From the NCBI GenBank assembly GCA_963749075.1, contig CAVVLJ010000004.1:1-64000 (forward strand): a DNA stretch of 64,000 nucleotides, written 5' to 3'. The stretch's first letter is position 1; the number at the start of each line of letters is the position of its first letter. The notes under the pieces were generated by a model. The model ran no database searches. It was not told where the DNA came from and saw only the letters and a list, made by a program, of their open reading frames with translations. Both the position numbers and the translations under genes were made by a program. Below, in pieces: positions 1 through 10,402 of the stretch. This DNA comes from an uncultured Pseudomonadota bacterium (GTDB lineage: Bacteria > Pseudomonadota > Alphaproteobacteria > JACZXZ01).

Positions 1-155
1 TGGAGCAATACGTTGTCGGCTGGCCCGGCAGAACGGTAAACCATTGTCCGAGCTTTTGATTTGATGGCATCGATAAGACCGTGCGGATTTGATTTGCGCA
101 GATTGTGCGGCTATTCGAATATCTCTGCAAGACAGCGCAGCGGGAGCGTTTAACG

Positions 156-914
156 ATGGCTTACTTCGATTCCAATGGCGTGCAGATTCATTTCGAAGAG
201 CAAGGGAGCGGCGATGCCGTCGTGCTGGTGCATGGCTTCGCGTCGCGTGCGGAGCATAACTGGGCCGGAGATTGGATCCCGACGCTGGCCCGGCACTATC
301 GCGTCGTTGCGCTCGATTGCCGCGGTCACGGGAAGAGCGGCAAGCCGCACGATCCGGCGGCGTACGCCGGCGAGACGATGGGCGACGACGTGATCCGGCT
401 GCTCGATCACCTGGGAATCAAGCGCGCGTTGATCATGGGCTATTCGATGGGCGGGCGAATCGTGACGGGGCTGCTGATGTTGCATCCGGAGCGTTTGCGC
501 GCGGCGGTGCTCGGCGGAATTGGCGCGGCAACGGGGGCGACGGTGGCCTTCAACCGCAAACCGATCGTCGATGCGCTGCTCGCCGAGGATGTTTCGGCGA
601 TTACGAATCCGGTGGCCAAACAGTTCCGCCAATTTGCCGAGAGCACCGGCAACGATTTGAAGGCGCTGGCGGCATGCATGGGATCGGATCGCCCGGATTT
701 GACGGCCGAGCAGATTGCGGCGAAGAAAATTCGCGTGCCGGTGATGATTGTGATCGGAACGAAGGATCTGATGGTCGGCGATCCGAAGCTGCTGCGCGAT
801 GCGATTCCCGGCAGCAAGTTGGTGATGCTCGAGGGACGCGATCATCTGACGGCGCCTGGTGACCCGCTCTACGTGAAAGCGGTCCTGGAATTTTTCAAAT
901 CCGCGCCGGCGTGA
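156..914 (+). CDS. alpha/beta fold hydrolase
   Basis: HGF oxyanion motif, LDCRGHG, nucleophile GYSMG and late His (RDHL); start taken at ATG 156 (MAYFDSNG). Confidence 0.9.
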   Translation: MAYFDSNGVQIHFEEQGSGDAVVLVHGFASRAEHNWAGDWIPTLARHYRVVALDCRGHGKSGKPHDPAAYAGETMGDDVIRLLDHLGIKRALIMGYSMGGRIVTGLLMLHPERLRAAVLGGIGAATGATVAFNRKPIVDALLAEDVSAITNPVAKQFRQFAESTGNDLKALAACMGSDRPDLTAEQIAAKKIRVPVMIVIGTKDLMVGDPKLLRDAIPGSKLVMLEGRDHLTAPGDPLYVKAVLEFFKSAPA

Positions 915-931
915 GCGAGTTGAAAGACGGA

Positions 932-1122
932 AGGACCGGGATTCTTCGCCGCAGCGGCTCTAGAATGACACAAAGAAGGACCCCGCTCTGAAGGATACGA
1001 GGACCGGGATTCTTCGCTCCGCGGACTCCGCTCTGAATGACACAAAAGATGACCCAGCTCAGTCCGTCACGTCATGGCTTTCCCCGATCGTGTCATTGAG
1101 CGCTGCGGCGAAGAATTCCCGG
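932..1122. repeat. three REP-like palindromic elements (CCGGGATTCTTCGC...GAATGACA): two direct, one inverted
   Basis: Copies at ~932-974 (+), ~1000-1046 (+) and ~1091-1122 (-), between convergent genes. Confidence 0.75.
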
Positions 1123-2038
1123 AGTCTTTTCTACGGCGCGGCCCGCAGGAGATTGCAGCGCTTAGTCGATTGCGGGGCGTTAGGGTGCCGGTCAGGTGGT
1201 AGGGGATGGGGCCCGGCGGGTGTGGGAGCATTGCGAAGAGGCCGGAGAGGTTTGCGGCGGCGTTGGGGGACGGCGCGAGGGTGAACTGGATTGCCAGCGC
1301 GCTGTCGCTCGGATCGGGGGCGAGTTCGATGGTGCCTTGAGCAGTTAGCATCAGGTCGCCGCCGGTGGTCGTGAATTGTTCGATCGTCAGGAGGCCTTCA
1401 TCCAGTTTGAAGGTTGAATGTCCCGTGCCGAGGCGGATTGGTGATGTGGCGAACGGCGATGTGATCGTCAGTCCTGCGGCGTTCAGTTCGCCGTCGCCGG
1501 TCTCGGCGATGTCAGCGGGAGACAGCAGGAGATTGCCGGTGCCTGAGAGGGAGCCTGCGGCCGTTGCGCCGGGCAGCGTGATGAGGCGTTGGCTTGCGAT
1601 ATCGATCGAGTCGAGGTCGTAGCTGATTGACGTGCCGCCCCTGCTCGGGCGAATCGTCGCGTTGACGACGCCGTTGTAGAGCGCGGCGTTGACGCGGACG
1701 CCGGGATGCAGCGTGAGCATCGAGAGGAACGCGGGCGCGATCGTGACGGCGGGGCTCTCGACTATCAGACCGGCGGACGCGGGCCGGGTCGAGTTGAGGC
1801 GGACGCCGGCCAGCCGCGCGCCGAAGGGGAAGCTGGCGCTCTGGCTGGTGCTGGAGACCTCGAGACCCATCGGCGCGAGGACCTTCGACAGCGTCGCGGA
1901 GTAGGGGAAGGTCCAGATCAGGTAGGCGGCGAAGAGGCTCAGGCCGACGATCGCGTAGCCGACTCGAATGAGACGCGTGCCACGATATGGCGCGGATGAG
2001 TCCCCCGGCGCATCAGGTGTTCTTTGCGAGCGCAACAC
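1067..2038 (-). CDS. gspN: type II secretion system protein N
   Basis: N-terminal TM with WTFPY, beta-rich body, last gene of the gsp operon. True stop is probably near 1162 (TLNAPQID*) after indels; start uncertain. Confidence 0.75.
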   Translation of the reverse strand: MLRSQRTPDAPGDSSAPYRGTRLIRVGYAIVGLSLFAAYLIWTFPYSATLSKVLAPMGLEVSSTSQSASFPFGARLAGVRLNSTRPASAGLIVESPAVTIAPAFLSMLTLHPGVRVNAALYNGVVNATIRPSRGGTSISYDLDSIDIASQRLITLPGATAAGSLSGTGNLLLSPADIAETGDGELNAAGLTITSPFATSPIRLGTGHSTFKLDEGLLTIEQFTTTGGDLMLTAQGTIELAPDPSDSALAIQFTLAPSPNAAANLSGLFAMLPHPPGPIPYHLTGTLTPRNRLSAAISCGPRRRKDSGNSSPQRSMTRSGKAMT

Positions 2039-2657
2039 AGGTGAGGTCGACGTCGTATGAATGCGTGTCCTGGGTGCGGCGCTGGATGCGAAGATTGGCG
2101 ACTCCTATCGGCATCGCCAGCGAATTGATGCCGTAGAGCGCGTCGACCAACTGCGCGAGGTTCACGTTTTCGAGCTTCAACTGCACGCTGAACTCGGTGA
2201 AGCCGTCGCTCAGCTTGCGATCGGAGCCCGGCGTGATCGACGCAATCTTCTCGCGCCCGACGCTCTTGGACATCGACGACTCGACCACCGAGAACAACGA
2301 GAAATCCTTGCCCAGCGGAACCGTGTGGCGCTCGGCATTGGCGAGGTCGCTTTTCAGCTGCACATACTGATTGGACAGGCGGCGAACTTCGACCAGATCG
2401 TGCTGGCGCTGTGCGATTTCGGTCTGGAGTCCCGAGCTCAAATCCACGATTGGCATGTAGATCAGGTTGTAGATGAGAAAAAGTCCGAAGACACCGCCGC
2501 CGATTTGCACCAGGATGCGCTCGCGCGGCTCGAGCTTCTGATAGCGGTTGCGCGCCTGCGCGATGTACGGATCGATGCGCGTGACGGCCTGCTTTAGATA
2601 GGGGCGCAGCAGGTCCATCAGGCGTGCGCGAATATTGTCGAACCAGTCTCTAAGCAT
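2013..2657 (-). CDS. gspM: type II secretion system protein M
   Basis: LEPRERIL motif, TM, coiled coil and ferredoxin-like C-terminus; lies between gspL and gspN. Confidence 0.85.
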   Translation of the reverse strand: MLRDWFDNIRARLMDLLRPYLKQAVTRIDPYIAQARNRYQKLEPRERILVQIGGGVFGLFLIYNLIYMPIVDLSSGLQTEIAQRQHDLVEVRRLSNQYVQLKSDLANAERHTVPLGKDFSLFSVVESSMSKSVGREKIASITPGSDRKLSDGFTEFSVQLKLENVNLAQLVDALYGINSLAMPIGVANLRIQRRTQDTHSYDVDLTCVALAKNT

Positions 2658-2675
2658 TGCAGCTATTCGTCGCCG

Positions 2676-4169
2676 TCATTCCGCGTCCGCGTCGGGGATC
2701 CGATCGGCCGACGGGGTCGCGTCCTTGAAGTCTGCGTCCATTCGAAAATCAACTTTGCTCGGATCCGAACCGGCCTTCGCATGCGCGACTTCGATTGCGC
2801 CGAAGAAGCCGCTGGCGTCGAGCGCCCGCTTGGCCTGATCGACGGTCGAGAACGAATCGGCCTGACCGGTTACGCGCAAGCCCTGCGAATCGATCTGAAC
2901 GTCGGCCATCGTCACCGGAAATCGCGGCGGCAGCGCGCGCGAGATGGCGACGAGCGTGTCGAGCGGCGAGTGAGTCAGGTTGCCGCCGATGAGATTGAGC
3001 CGCTTGTTCATCTTCACGATTCCGGTCTGCAACTCGACCTTGGCGTTGGCCGGATCGGTTTCGCCCAGCGCCGGACCGGCGACCGCGGCAATCTCCGCGT
3101 TGAGCTTATGCAGCCGGTGAAGATTGGCAGAGACGCCGAGCACGAAATGAAAAACGATGACGGCCAACAGCGCGCCCAGCAGCATCCCCGACGTGTAGAA
3201 CGGCGTGAGATCGCCGCGGATGCGCCCGCGGAACATGAACTCGCCCTGGCGGAAGTTGATCAGATCGAGCGGCTTGCTGGGCAGCTCGCCGAGCAGCATC
3301 GCGACGCATGACGAATACTTGCCGGTGTTCGGCACCGAGCCTTCGAAGATTCCCGTGTAGTCGAAGGCGCCGCCGTCGCGCACCGCCATCGCGAGCGACT
3401 CCGACAGCAGGCCGCGCACTTTCGGATACGCAGCCGCGGCGCCGGCGACGATTACATCGGTCTGATCGGTTTCTTCGCCGTGTGCCAGCAGGGTCTGACG
3501 CACCGAGTTGAGAATCGGCGCAGCTTCCTCCTGCGAAACGACCGAGCCGTCCGAGGTCATCAAGCCGCCGCGCATCGAACGCAGCGCACGCGGCGTGCCT
3601 TCGAGATCGACCAGCACCGCCGAGGTGGAGCTCTCGTCGCCCTCGACCACCAGGTGCGCCATCGGCTTGTTGCCGTTGCCATTGGTGCCACGGGTGAACA
3701 TGGCAGCCAGCGCGAGCGGAGCCAGCGTGACAATCTTCGGATCGAGTCCCGCCTTCTGCAGCAAATCAAGATGATGCTGGAGGTCGGCCTTGCGGACCAT
3801 CGCCGCCATGACGATAGAGTGCTCGCCCTCGCGCGCGACGCGGGTGAACGCGACGGTGGCGTTGTCGACCGGGAAGGGCAGGTGCTCTTCGAGCGCGAAC
3901 GGCACCACCTGATGCAGGCGGCGCGAGTCCTTGAATGGGAGATCGAGCAGGCGCTTGGCGACGAGGTCGGGCGGCAGCGCGGAGATGACGATGTCGGGTT
4001 GACCGGCCTCGGCGACCAGGCGCGAGAGCGCGCCGCTGAGATCGGCTTCGTCGTCGGCGCGAACCTTGTCGTACACTCCGGTGAGCGTGAAGGAGTTCCA
4101 CGAGCGCTCCGCGACTGCCGCGCGCACGCGGTCGCCGACTAACTCCAGCGCGAGGATTCGTTGAGCCAT
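2676..4169 (-). CDS. gspL: type II secretion system protein L
   Basis: Actin-like cytoplasmic domain (LPFKD...VPFALEEHLPFP), INFRQGEF, one TM and a PilN-like periplasmic domain. Confidence 0.9.
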   Translation of the reverse strand: MAQRILALELVGDRVRAAVAERSWNSFTLTGVYDKVRADDEADLSGALSRLVAEAGQPDIVISALPPDLVAKRLLDLPFKDSRRLHQVVPFALEEHLPFPVDNATVAFTRVAREGEHSIVMAAMVRKADLQHHLDLLQKAGLDPKIVTLAPLALAAMFTRGTNGNGNKPMAHLVVEGDESSTSAVLVDLEGTPRALRSMRGGLMTSDGSVVSQEEAAPILNSVRQTLLAHGEETDQTDVIVAGAAAAYPKVRGLLSESLAMAVRDGGAFDYTGIFEGSVPNTGKYSSCVAMLLGELPSKPLDLINFRQGEFMFRGRIRGDLTPFYTSGMLLGALLAVIVFHFVLGVSANLHRLHKLNAEIAAVAGPALGETDPANAKVELQTGIVKMNKRLNLIGGNLTHSPLDTLVAISRALPPRFPVTMADVQIDSQGLRVTGQADSFSTVDQAKRALDASGFFGAIEVAHAKAGSDPSKVDFRMDADFKDATPSADRIPDADAE

Positions 4170-4184
4170 TAAGCGCCGTGCATC

Positions 4185-5140
4185 CTATTCTTCGTGCCAC
4201 GCCGCCATCGTGCCGATGCCGTTGGCCTCGCGATGGAAGGTTGCCGTGATCATTTTGCGGGCGCCGGCGAAAGTTCCGGTGCCGTTGATCGTAAAGAACG
4301 TGCTGCGCACGACGATGGTCCTTCGAAAGGGCCTGCGAGAGAGTCTCGCCGAGGTCGGGAAGGTTCATGATGTCGGTGGTATTGGTGAACGGCCTCATCG
4401 TGCGGGCCTCGACCATCTCCTGCACCAGTTTCTCATCTTCCATCAATTGCGGCTCGAGTGCAGCGAGCACCTGCGGCGACGCGGTGTTGGCGTTGACACC
4501 CGGCTCCGGCATCACGGTCAGGAACGGGCTGACGCGGTTGAAAATCGCTTCGTTGAATCCTTCGACCATCTGCAAGTCCGCGATCGTTGGCATCGCGCTG
4601 TAGCGCGGCTCATATGGCGGTTTCAATCCCATGTAGTAATCGCCGGTCCCGCCGGGACCAGCGCCGGTGTTCGGCGTGATCCAATCGACAATACCCTGAA
4701 CGAGGTGCGACGTTCACGTCGAGGACGGTGAATAACCGCTGCATCCTTTGAATCGCAAGCGGTTGAGGGACGTCGTTCTGGACCATCGAGTTGATATTGA
4801 TCTTGCGCGCTTCGTCCACGATCGACAGCGTGACCGTGCCGCCTTCGAGCGGGATCGGCGGAAACGGCGTTGCCCAAGGCGTCGGTCAAGGCTTCGACCG
4901 GGGTCTGGCCCTGGGCTTGCGCCTTGGTGCGAGCGTCGGCCGCCAGCAGCCCAGGCCGACATTGATGCCCGAGCGCGCGAGGTATCCGGCGCGCAGTTCG
5001 TTGGCCTGATTGGCCGCCGACACGAAGCCGAGCCCGGAGGTCATCGCGAAGTCCATCACGACCAGCGTCATCAGCGCGATTCCCAGCAGTACCGCCAGCA
5101 GCGCGACGCCGCGCTCTTTTTTTCGCAGTTGAGCTACCAT
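4185..5140 (-). CDS. gspK: type II secretion minor pseudopilin K (several indels in this sequence)
   Basis: ERG|VALLAVLL N-terminus, LARSGIN, DEARKININ, VNANTAS and C-terminal AWHEE* are spread over several frames. Confidence 0.85.
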
Positions 5141-5802
5141 TGCTGTATCGCCATCGGCACGATCACCTGCGACGCGAAGTCCATGACGCGTCCACCCGGC
5201 GCTGCCATTTGAATCTGGATCGCCACCGCGACCGGCAGCTGGCGTCCCATCGGCAGACTCGACGAATCCCAGCTCTCACCCCACTTCTGGCCGTCGTAAT
5301 AACGAATGTGGAGCGACACCACATTGTCCGCGAGCAAGGTGGACTGTTGCGCGACGGTGGTCGTCAGCAATCCACTCTGCTGCGAGCGCTGCAGCATGTA
5401 CCAGCTGGGCACTTGCGGATTCGCCACCAAATTGTAGGTGACTATCGTCTCGGGCGTCATGCCGGTGATGGCGCGGCGATGGCCGCCGCTGAAGGTCGAC
5501 AGCGTGATGGTATCGATCGGCACGCCGCCCCCCATGTGGCCATTGCCGAACAGCGCGACGTTGCTGCGCGCGTACGCGGTCTGTACGGCGTTGCGCACTT
5601 CATCGCTCATCTGCCACAGCAGGGCGCGGCCCTCGCGATCGACCATCAAGCGTCCCTCGGCGTGGACCTTGCTGTGCGCGACGGCGCTGAAGGAAGTGGC
5701 GAGCATCGCGAGGATCAGCGAGAGAATGCCGATTGCGAGCATCAGCTCGATCAGCGTGAAGCCGCGCGGCGTGCGATGCCCGCAGCTGCGCCGGTCAATC
5801 AT
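5134..5802 (-). CDS. gspJ: type II secretion minor pseudopilin J
   Basis: Prepilin motif RG|FTLIELMLA; C-terminal YYDGQKWGESWDS...LPVAVAI. Confidence 0.9.
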   Translation of the reverse strand: MIDRRSCGHRTPRGFTLIELMLAIGILSLILAMLATSFSAVAHSKVHAEGRLMVDREGRALLWQMSDEVRNAVQTAYARSNVALFGNGHMGGGVPIDTITLSTFSGGHRRAITGMTPETIVTYNLVANPQVPSWYMLQRSQQSGLLTTTVAQQSTLLADNVVSLHIRYYDGQKWGESWDSSSLPMGRQLPVAVAIQIQMAAPGGRVMDFASQVIVPMAIQQW

Positions 5803-6221
5803 GGCGTCACCGTCGGAATCGTCGTTTCGGGCGGAATCGGCGAATGGAGGAACTCGACCAGCTCGAAGCTTTGCGAGAGCTTGGGACCGTAACGGACCAA
5901 AACCTGGACCTTGCGAACGTCGGGAAACATGCCCGACTCAACGACGTTGCGCGCCCATCGAAAGTCGGGGAACTCGCCGGGGAACGCCGCCTCGAAATCG
6001 CCGCTGGTCATGCCGAGGTCCGGGAAGCGTTCGAGCTCCGCTTCAGTCATCACCGCCTGCGCCAGCATCGCGGCGCGCGTCGTCTGCTGCGCGCGTATCA
6101 CAGACACCATGCTCTGATGATGCAATCCGAGCAGGCCGAGCAGCGCGATCCCGAGGATCGCCATCGCGACCATCACCTCGAGCAGGGTGAACGCGCGCGC
6201 GCGGCGGTGAAGAAGATTCAC
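5799..6221 (-). CDS. gspI: type II secretion minor pseudopilin I
   Basis: RA|FTLLEVMVAMAIL, 140 aa, operon position. Confidence 0.88.
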   Translation of the reverse strand: MNLLHRRARAFTLLEVMVAMAILGIALLGLLGLHHQSMVSVIRAQQTTRAAMLAQAVMTEAELERFPDLGMTSGDFEAAFPGEFPDFRWARNVVESGMFPDVRKVQVLVRYGPKLSQSFELVEFLHSPIPPETTIPTVTP

Positions 6222-6793
6222 TGCGACATCCCGGTCGGCATCACGTCGCCGTTGACGATGGCGACCTGGCCCGTCAGTGGAGAAAATTCGAGCGTCATGA
6301 CGTCGCCCGAGGCGTCTTCGAGATGCACCACGGTCGCGTCGACGTAGCCTTCGGGATAGAAATTGGTCGCGACCACGCCGCGATTAACGGTGCCGACGCC
6401 TTCGATCGTCACGTCGCGAATCCGAATTGCCGCTGGCAGCGCGACCGGCCGATCTGAATGTGAAGTGTCCGGCGCAAACACCGGCTGCACCGCATACGGA
6501 TCGAGCTGCGCGGTCGCATAGCCGTTGTTGTCCATGTCGAAGATAAGCCGCAGCACCAGCTTGTGGCCGGTGGCCTCGTCGAACAGATAACTTGCGCGCC
6601 CCGCGAGCCGTCGCGCCTGGCTTTTCAACGCGGCCTGTCGAAATCCCTGGATTTCCGGCATCACGAACGTGAACATCAAGCCCATAATCAGGATAACGAC
6701 CATCAGCTCGATCAGCGTGAAGCCCGCGCCCCACGCCTTGCGCGATTTGCTTGCGACACCTGTCGCCGGCGAACGACGCCAGGAGCTCATCAC
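6218..6793 (-). CDS. gspH: type II secretion minor pseudopilin H
   Basis: G|FTLIELMVVILI; FYPEG and PLTG motifs. Confidence 0.88.
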   Translation of the reverse strand: MMSSWRRSPATGVASKSRKAWGAGFTLIELMVVILIMGLMFTFVMPEIQGFRQAALKSQARRLAGRASYLFDEATGHKLVLRLIFDMDNNGYATAQLDPYAVQPVFAPDTSHSDRPVALPAAIRIRDVTIEGVGTVNRGVVATNFYPEGYVDATVVHLEDASGDVMTLEFSPLTGQVAIVNGDVMPTGMSQ

Positions 6794-6800
6794 AATTTCG

Positions 6801-7214
6801 CTACTGATTGCCGACGATGTCGTCGCCGCTCTCGACCCCGTCGGGGCCGAACGACTTGAGTGTGTAGGTGTTTCCGTCGCTTTGATAGAAATACGGGGTG
6901 CCCCACGGATCCTTCGGCAGGTTTTGGATGTAGCCGTCGGACGAATAGTTGGCCGGCGTGCGGCCGGTGGTCGGCGCGGTCACGAGGGCCTGCAAGCCCT
7001 GATCGGTGGTCGGGTAAAATCCGTTGTCGAGGTAGTAGCGATCCAGCTGCTGCTGCAATGCGGCTATGTCGGCTTGCGCTTTTGTCGTCTTGGCCTGGTT
7101 GGTGACCCCGCGAAATCTCGGCACGATCATCAACGCGAGGAGACCGATGATTGCGATTACCACCATGATTTCAATCAGGGTGAATCCTTCCTGATTGTAT
7201 CGACGTGACTTCAT
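6801..7214 (-). CDS. gspG: type II secretion major pseudopilin G
   Basis: EG|FTLIEIMVVIAIIG, YPTTDQGLQALV, LPKDPWG; alternative start at 7241. Confidence 0.95.
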   Translation of the reverse strand: MKSRRYNQEGFTLIEIMVVIAIIGLLALMIVPRFRGVTNQAKTTKAQADIAALQQQLDRYYLDNGFYPTTDQGLQALVTAPTTGRTPANYSSDGYIQNLPKDPWGTPYFYQSDGNTYTLKSFGPDGVESGDDIVGNQ

Positions 7215-7237
7215 CGCGATTACCTCCGGACCTTGAT

Positions 7238-8467
7238 TCATTTCATCAGCTGGTTGAGCTGGAAGATTGGCATCAGCACGGCCAGCATCATGAACACGAT
7301 AGCACCCGCCATCGCCAGCGTCATCATTGGTTCGAGCACGGTGGTCATCTGGCTGAGTGAGTGCGAGACTTCACGCTCGTAGTTGTCGGCGACGCGCTCG
7401 AGCATCCGCTCGAGGTCGCCTGAACGTTCGCCGACTTTGATCATTTCGATCAGCAGCGGCGGAAAAAGTCCGCTCTTCGAGAGCGTCTGACCCATGCCGT
7501 GGCCCTCGCGGATACTCTCGCGGCTCTCTTCTACGGCATCCTTAAGCAAGCCGTTGGTGACTACGCCTTTGACCGCGTCGAGCGCGGGCAGCAACTGAAC
7601 GCCGCTGGCGAGCAGCGTGGCCAGCGTCCGCGCGAAGCGGGCGCAGATGATTCGAATCATCGTCGGCCCGATGTAGTAGGCCTTGAGAATCCAGGTGTCG
7701 TAGAGGCGGCGTCCGCGCGGTGTCGCCAGCGCGGCGGCGATACCGGCTACCGTGCCGACCAGCAACAGCAACAGCGGGAGCCAATAGCCGGTGACGAGCG
7801 CAGAGAGGTCGAGCAGGATTCGCGTCGCCAGCGGCAGCGCAGCCTTCTGTTCCTCGAAAATCGTCGCGACCTGCGGCACGACGTAGGTGACCAGGAATCC
7901 CATGACGCCCGCGCCGACGAACATCATGATGATCGGATAGGTCAGCGCACCGCGCACCTTGCTGGTGAATTCGGACTGACGCTCGCTGTACTCGGCCAGC
8001 CGGTCGAGCACCGCTTCGAGCGCCGCGGCCTGCTCGCCCGCGCGCACCATCCCGATGTAGAGATCGGAAAAAGTGTCGCGATGGCTGGCGAGTGCGTCGG
8101 CCAGCGACGAGCCCTCGCGCACGCGCTCGCGCACCTGCGAGAACATCCGCTTGGTCGCGGCACGCGCCGATTGATCGCTGAGCGCACCCAGCGCCTCGAC
8201 CAGCGGCACGCCCGCGCCCAGCAGCGCGCTCAACTGGCGGGTCAGCAGTGCCAGCTCAGCCGCCGGCAGCTTGCGCCGAAACAGCGAGGGGAACCACTCG
8301 CGCTTTTCGGCCTTGCGCTCGGCGGCGTTGGATTCCTCGTTGAGGTCGGTCGGGAAGATGCCCGACGCGCGCAGCTTGCCGCGGGCGGTGCGTGCGCTGT
8401 CGGCGTCGACCACGCCGTTTACGGTGCGGCCGTCAGCGCCAAGACCTCGATAAGCAAATACAGGCAT
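7238..8467 (-). CDS. gspF: type II secretion inner membrane platform protein F
   Basis: MPVFAYRG, TRQLSALLGAGVPL, ALTYP, GERSG, LEP. Confidence 0.95.
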   Translation of the reverse strand: MPVFAYRGLGADGRTVNGVVDADSARTARGKLRASGIFPTDLNEESNAAERKAEKREWFPSLFRRKLPAAELALLTRQLSALLGAGVPLVEALGALSDQSARAATKRMFSQVRERVREGSSLADALASHRDTFSDLYIGMVRAGEQAAALEAVLDRLAEYSERQSEFTSKVRGALTYPIIMMFVGAGVMGFLVTYVVPQVATIFEEQKAALPLATRILLDLSALVTGYWLPLLLLLVGTVAGIAAALATPRGRRLYDTWILKAYYIGPTMIRIICARFARTLATLLASGVQLLPALDAVKGVVTNGLLKDAVEESRESIREGHGMGQTLSKSGLFPPLLIEMIKVGERSGDLERMLERVADNYEREVSHSLSQMTTVLEPMMTLAMAGAIVFMMLAVLMPIFQLNQLMK

Positions 8468-8495
8468 CGGTGAACAGACGAATTAATAGGTCGCG

Positions 8496-10211
8496 CTATT
8501 CGATATCTTCCTGCGTGACCCGCAGCAGCTCCTCGATCGAGGTCTCGCCGCGCAGCACGCGCGCCGCGCCGTCCTGGCGGAGCAAGGTCATTCCAACGCT
8601 GGTGCATTTGCGCCGCAGCGTGGCGGCGTCGGCATTCTGCATGACGAGCGAGCGAATTTCGTCGTCCATGATCATCAGTTCCTGTATCGCCATTCGTCCG
8701 CGGTAGCCCGTGGTGCGGCAATTGCGGCATCCCTTGGGCCGGCAAATCTTGGCAGTCGAGTCGAGGTGCTTGAGACCGATTCGCGCGAGCTCGGTTTCGC
8801 TCGGCCGATACGGCTCGCGGCAATCGGGGCAAAGCTTGCGGACCAGGCGTTGTGCGAGCACGGCGAGAATCGACGACGATACGAGGAACGGCTCGATTCC
8901 CATGTCCACCAGTCGCGTCACGGCGCCGAACGAGTCGTTGGTGTGGAGCGTCGAGAAGACCAGATGGCCGGTCAATGCGGCCTGGATTGCTATTTCGGCG
9001 GTTTCGCTGTCGCGGATTTCGCCGACCATGATGACGTCCGGGTCCTGGCGCAAAATCGAACGCAGGCCGCTGGCAAAGGTCAGGTCGATTTTCGGATTCA
9101 CCTGCATCTGGCCGACGCCGCGCAGCTGGTATTCGATCGGATCCTCGATCGTGATGATGTTCTTCTCGGGCGAGTTGATGCGGGTGAGACAGGCGTACAG
9201 CGTCGTCGATTTGCCCGATCCGGTCGGCCCGGTCGCCAGGATGATCCCGTGGCTCTGCCGAATCAGCCGGTCGAGACGCTGCAGGTTGTCGCCTGAGAAT
9301 CCAAGGTGGTCGAGGTTGATCGCTTCGACCGCCTGCGCGCGATCGAGCAAGCGGAGCACGATGCGCTCGCCGAACGCAGTCGGTATCGACGACACGCGCA
9401 AGTCGATATCGCGGCCCGCGATCCGCAGCCGGATGCGCCCGTCCTGCGGCAGCCGCTTCTCGGCGATATTCAGGCCCGCCATAACCTTGACGCGCGACGT
9501 GATCGCCGGCTGAAACCGTTTGGGCGGCGACAGCACGTCGTACATCATGCCGTCGACGCGGAAGCGGATGACCATTTCTTTTTCGAAAACTTCGACGTGA
9601 ATGTCGCTCGCGCGGTCCTTGACCGCCTGCGACAGCACGCCATTGACCAGCTTGATTATCGGCGCCGAGTCGTCCGACTCGAGCAAGTCCAGCGGCTCGG
9701 CTGCGAGCTCACTGGCGACGACGTCGAGGCGTTCTTCCTGGAGATCGATCATCAGGTCCTCGGCCGAGGTGGCCGACGCCTGGTCGTATGCGCGGTTGAT
9801 CGCCTCGGCGATCACTTCGGACGGCGCGACCACCGACTGGATCTGCGCACCGTAGAGGATTCGCAAATCGTCGAGCGGTTCGTAGTTGGCCGGGTCCGCA
9901 ATTGCTATCGTCACCGAGCCGTCAACGCTCGACAGCGGCAGCAGCCGGTTCTTCTTCGCGTAATTGATCGGAATCTTCGAGACGAGTTTCGGGTCGAGCG
10001 AGTTCTCGTCGATATGCGCCTGGAACGGCAGCCGGTATTCCTGCGCGAGCGCGCGCGCGAGGCGCTGCGGCTCCAGCGCGCCCATCTCGACCAGCACGTC
10101 GGCCAGCTCCTGGCCGGGCTTCTTGCGCTGGCGCGCCTTGTCGAGATCCTGCGCCGAGACCCAGGAGCGGTCGAGCAGAATTGCCTCGAAACTCTTGCGC
10201 GCGGTCGCCAT
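8496..10211 (-). CDS. gspE: type II secretion ATPase E
   Basis: ASDIH, Walker A GPTGSGKST, TIEDPIE, LRQDPD, GHLVFSTLHTN and Zn-binding CxxC...CxxC. Confidence 0.96.
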   Translation of the reverse strand: MATARKSFEAILLDRSWVSAQDLDKARQRKKPGQELADVLVEMGALEPQRLARALAQEYRLPFQAHIDENSLDPKLVSKIPINYAKKNRLLPLSSVDGSVTIAIADPANYEPLDDLRILYGAQIQSVVAPSEVIAEAINRAYDQASATSAEDLMIDLQEERLDVVASELAAEPLDLLESDDSAPIIKLVNGVLSQAVKDRASDIHVEVFEKEMVIRFRVDGMMYDVLSPPKRFQPAITSRVKVMAGLNIAEKRLPQDGRIRLRIAGRDIDLRVSSIPTAFGERIVLRLLDRAQAVEAINLDHLGFSGDNLQRLDRLIRQSHGIILATGPTGSGKSTTLYACLTRINSPEKNIITIEDPIEYQLRGVGQMQVNPKIDLTFASGLRSILRQDPDVIMVGEIRDSETAEIAIQAALTGHLVFSTLHTNDSFGAVTRLVDMGIEPFLVSSSILAVLAQRLVRKLCPDCREPYRPSETELARIGLKHLDSTAKICRPKGCRNCRTTGYRGRMAIQELMIMDDEIRSLVMQNADAATLRRKCTSVGMTLLRQDGAARVLRGETSIEELLRVTQEDIE

Positions 10212-10402
10212 CAGGCGGACCTTACCGCCGACGCCAGACCGCGTCGATTCGAGTCATATCGAGTCATCTTCAATGACAATGCTTCCCCACCGAACTTACC
10301 ACCATTCCCCCCTCTCAAGCTCAATTAGACATGATGGTTCTGGCTAGTTGCAAGTATGCGTTCCCCATGGCACTGACCAGCCGCACAGTCTCCCCGACGC
10401 GA

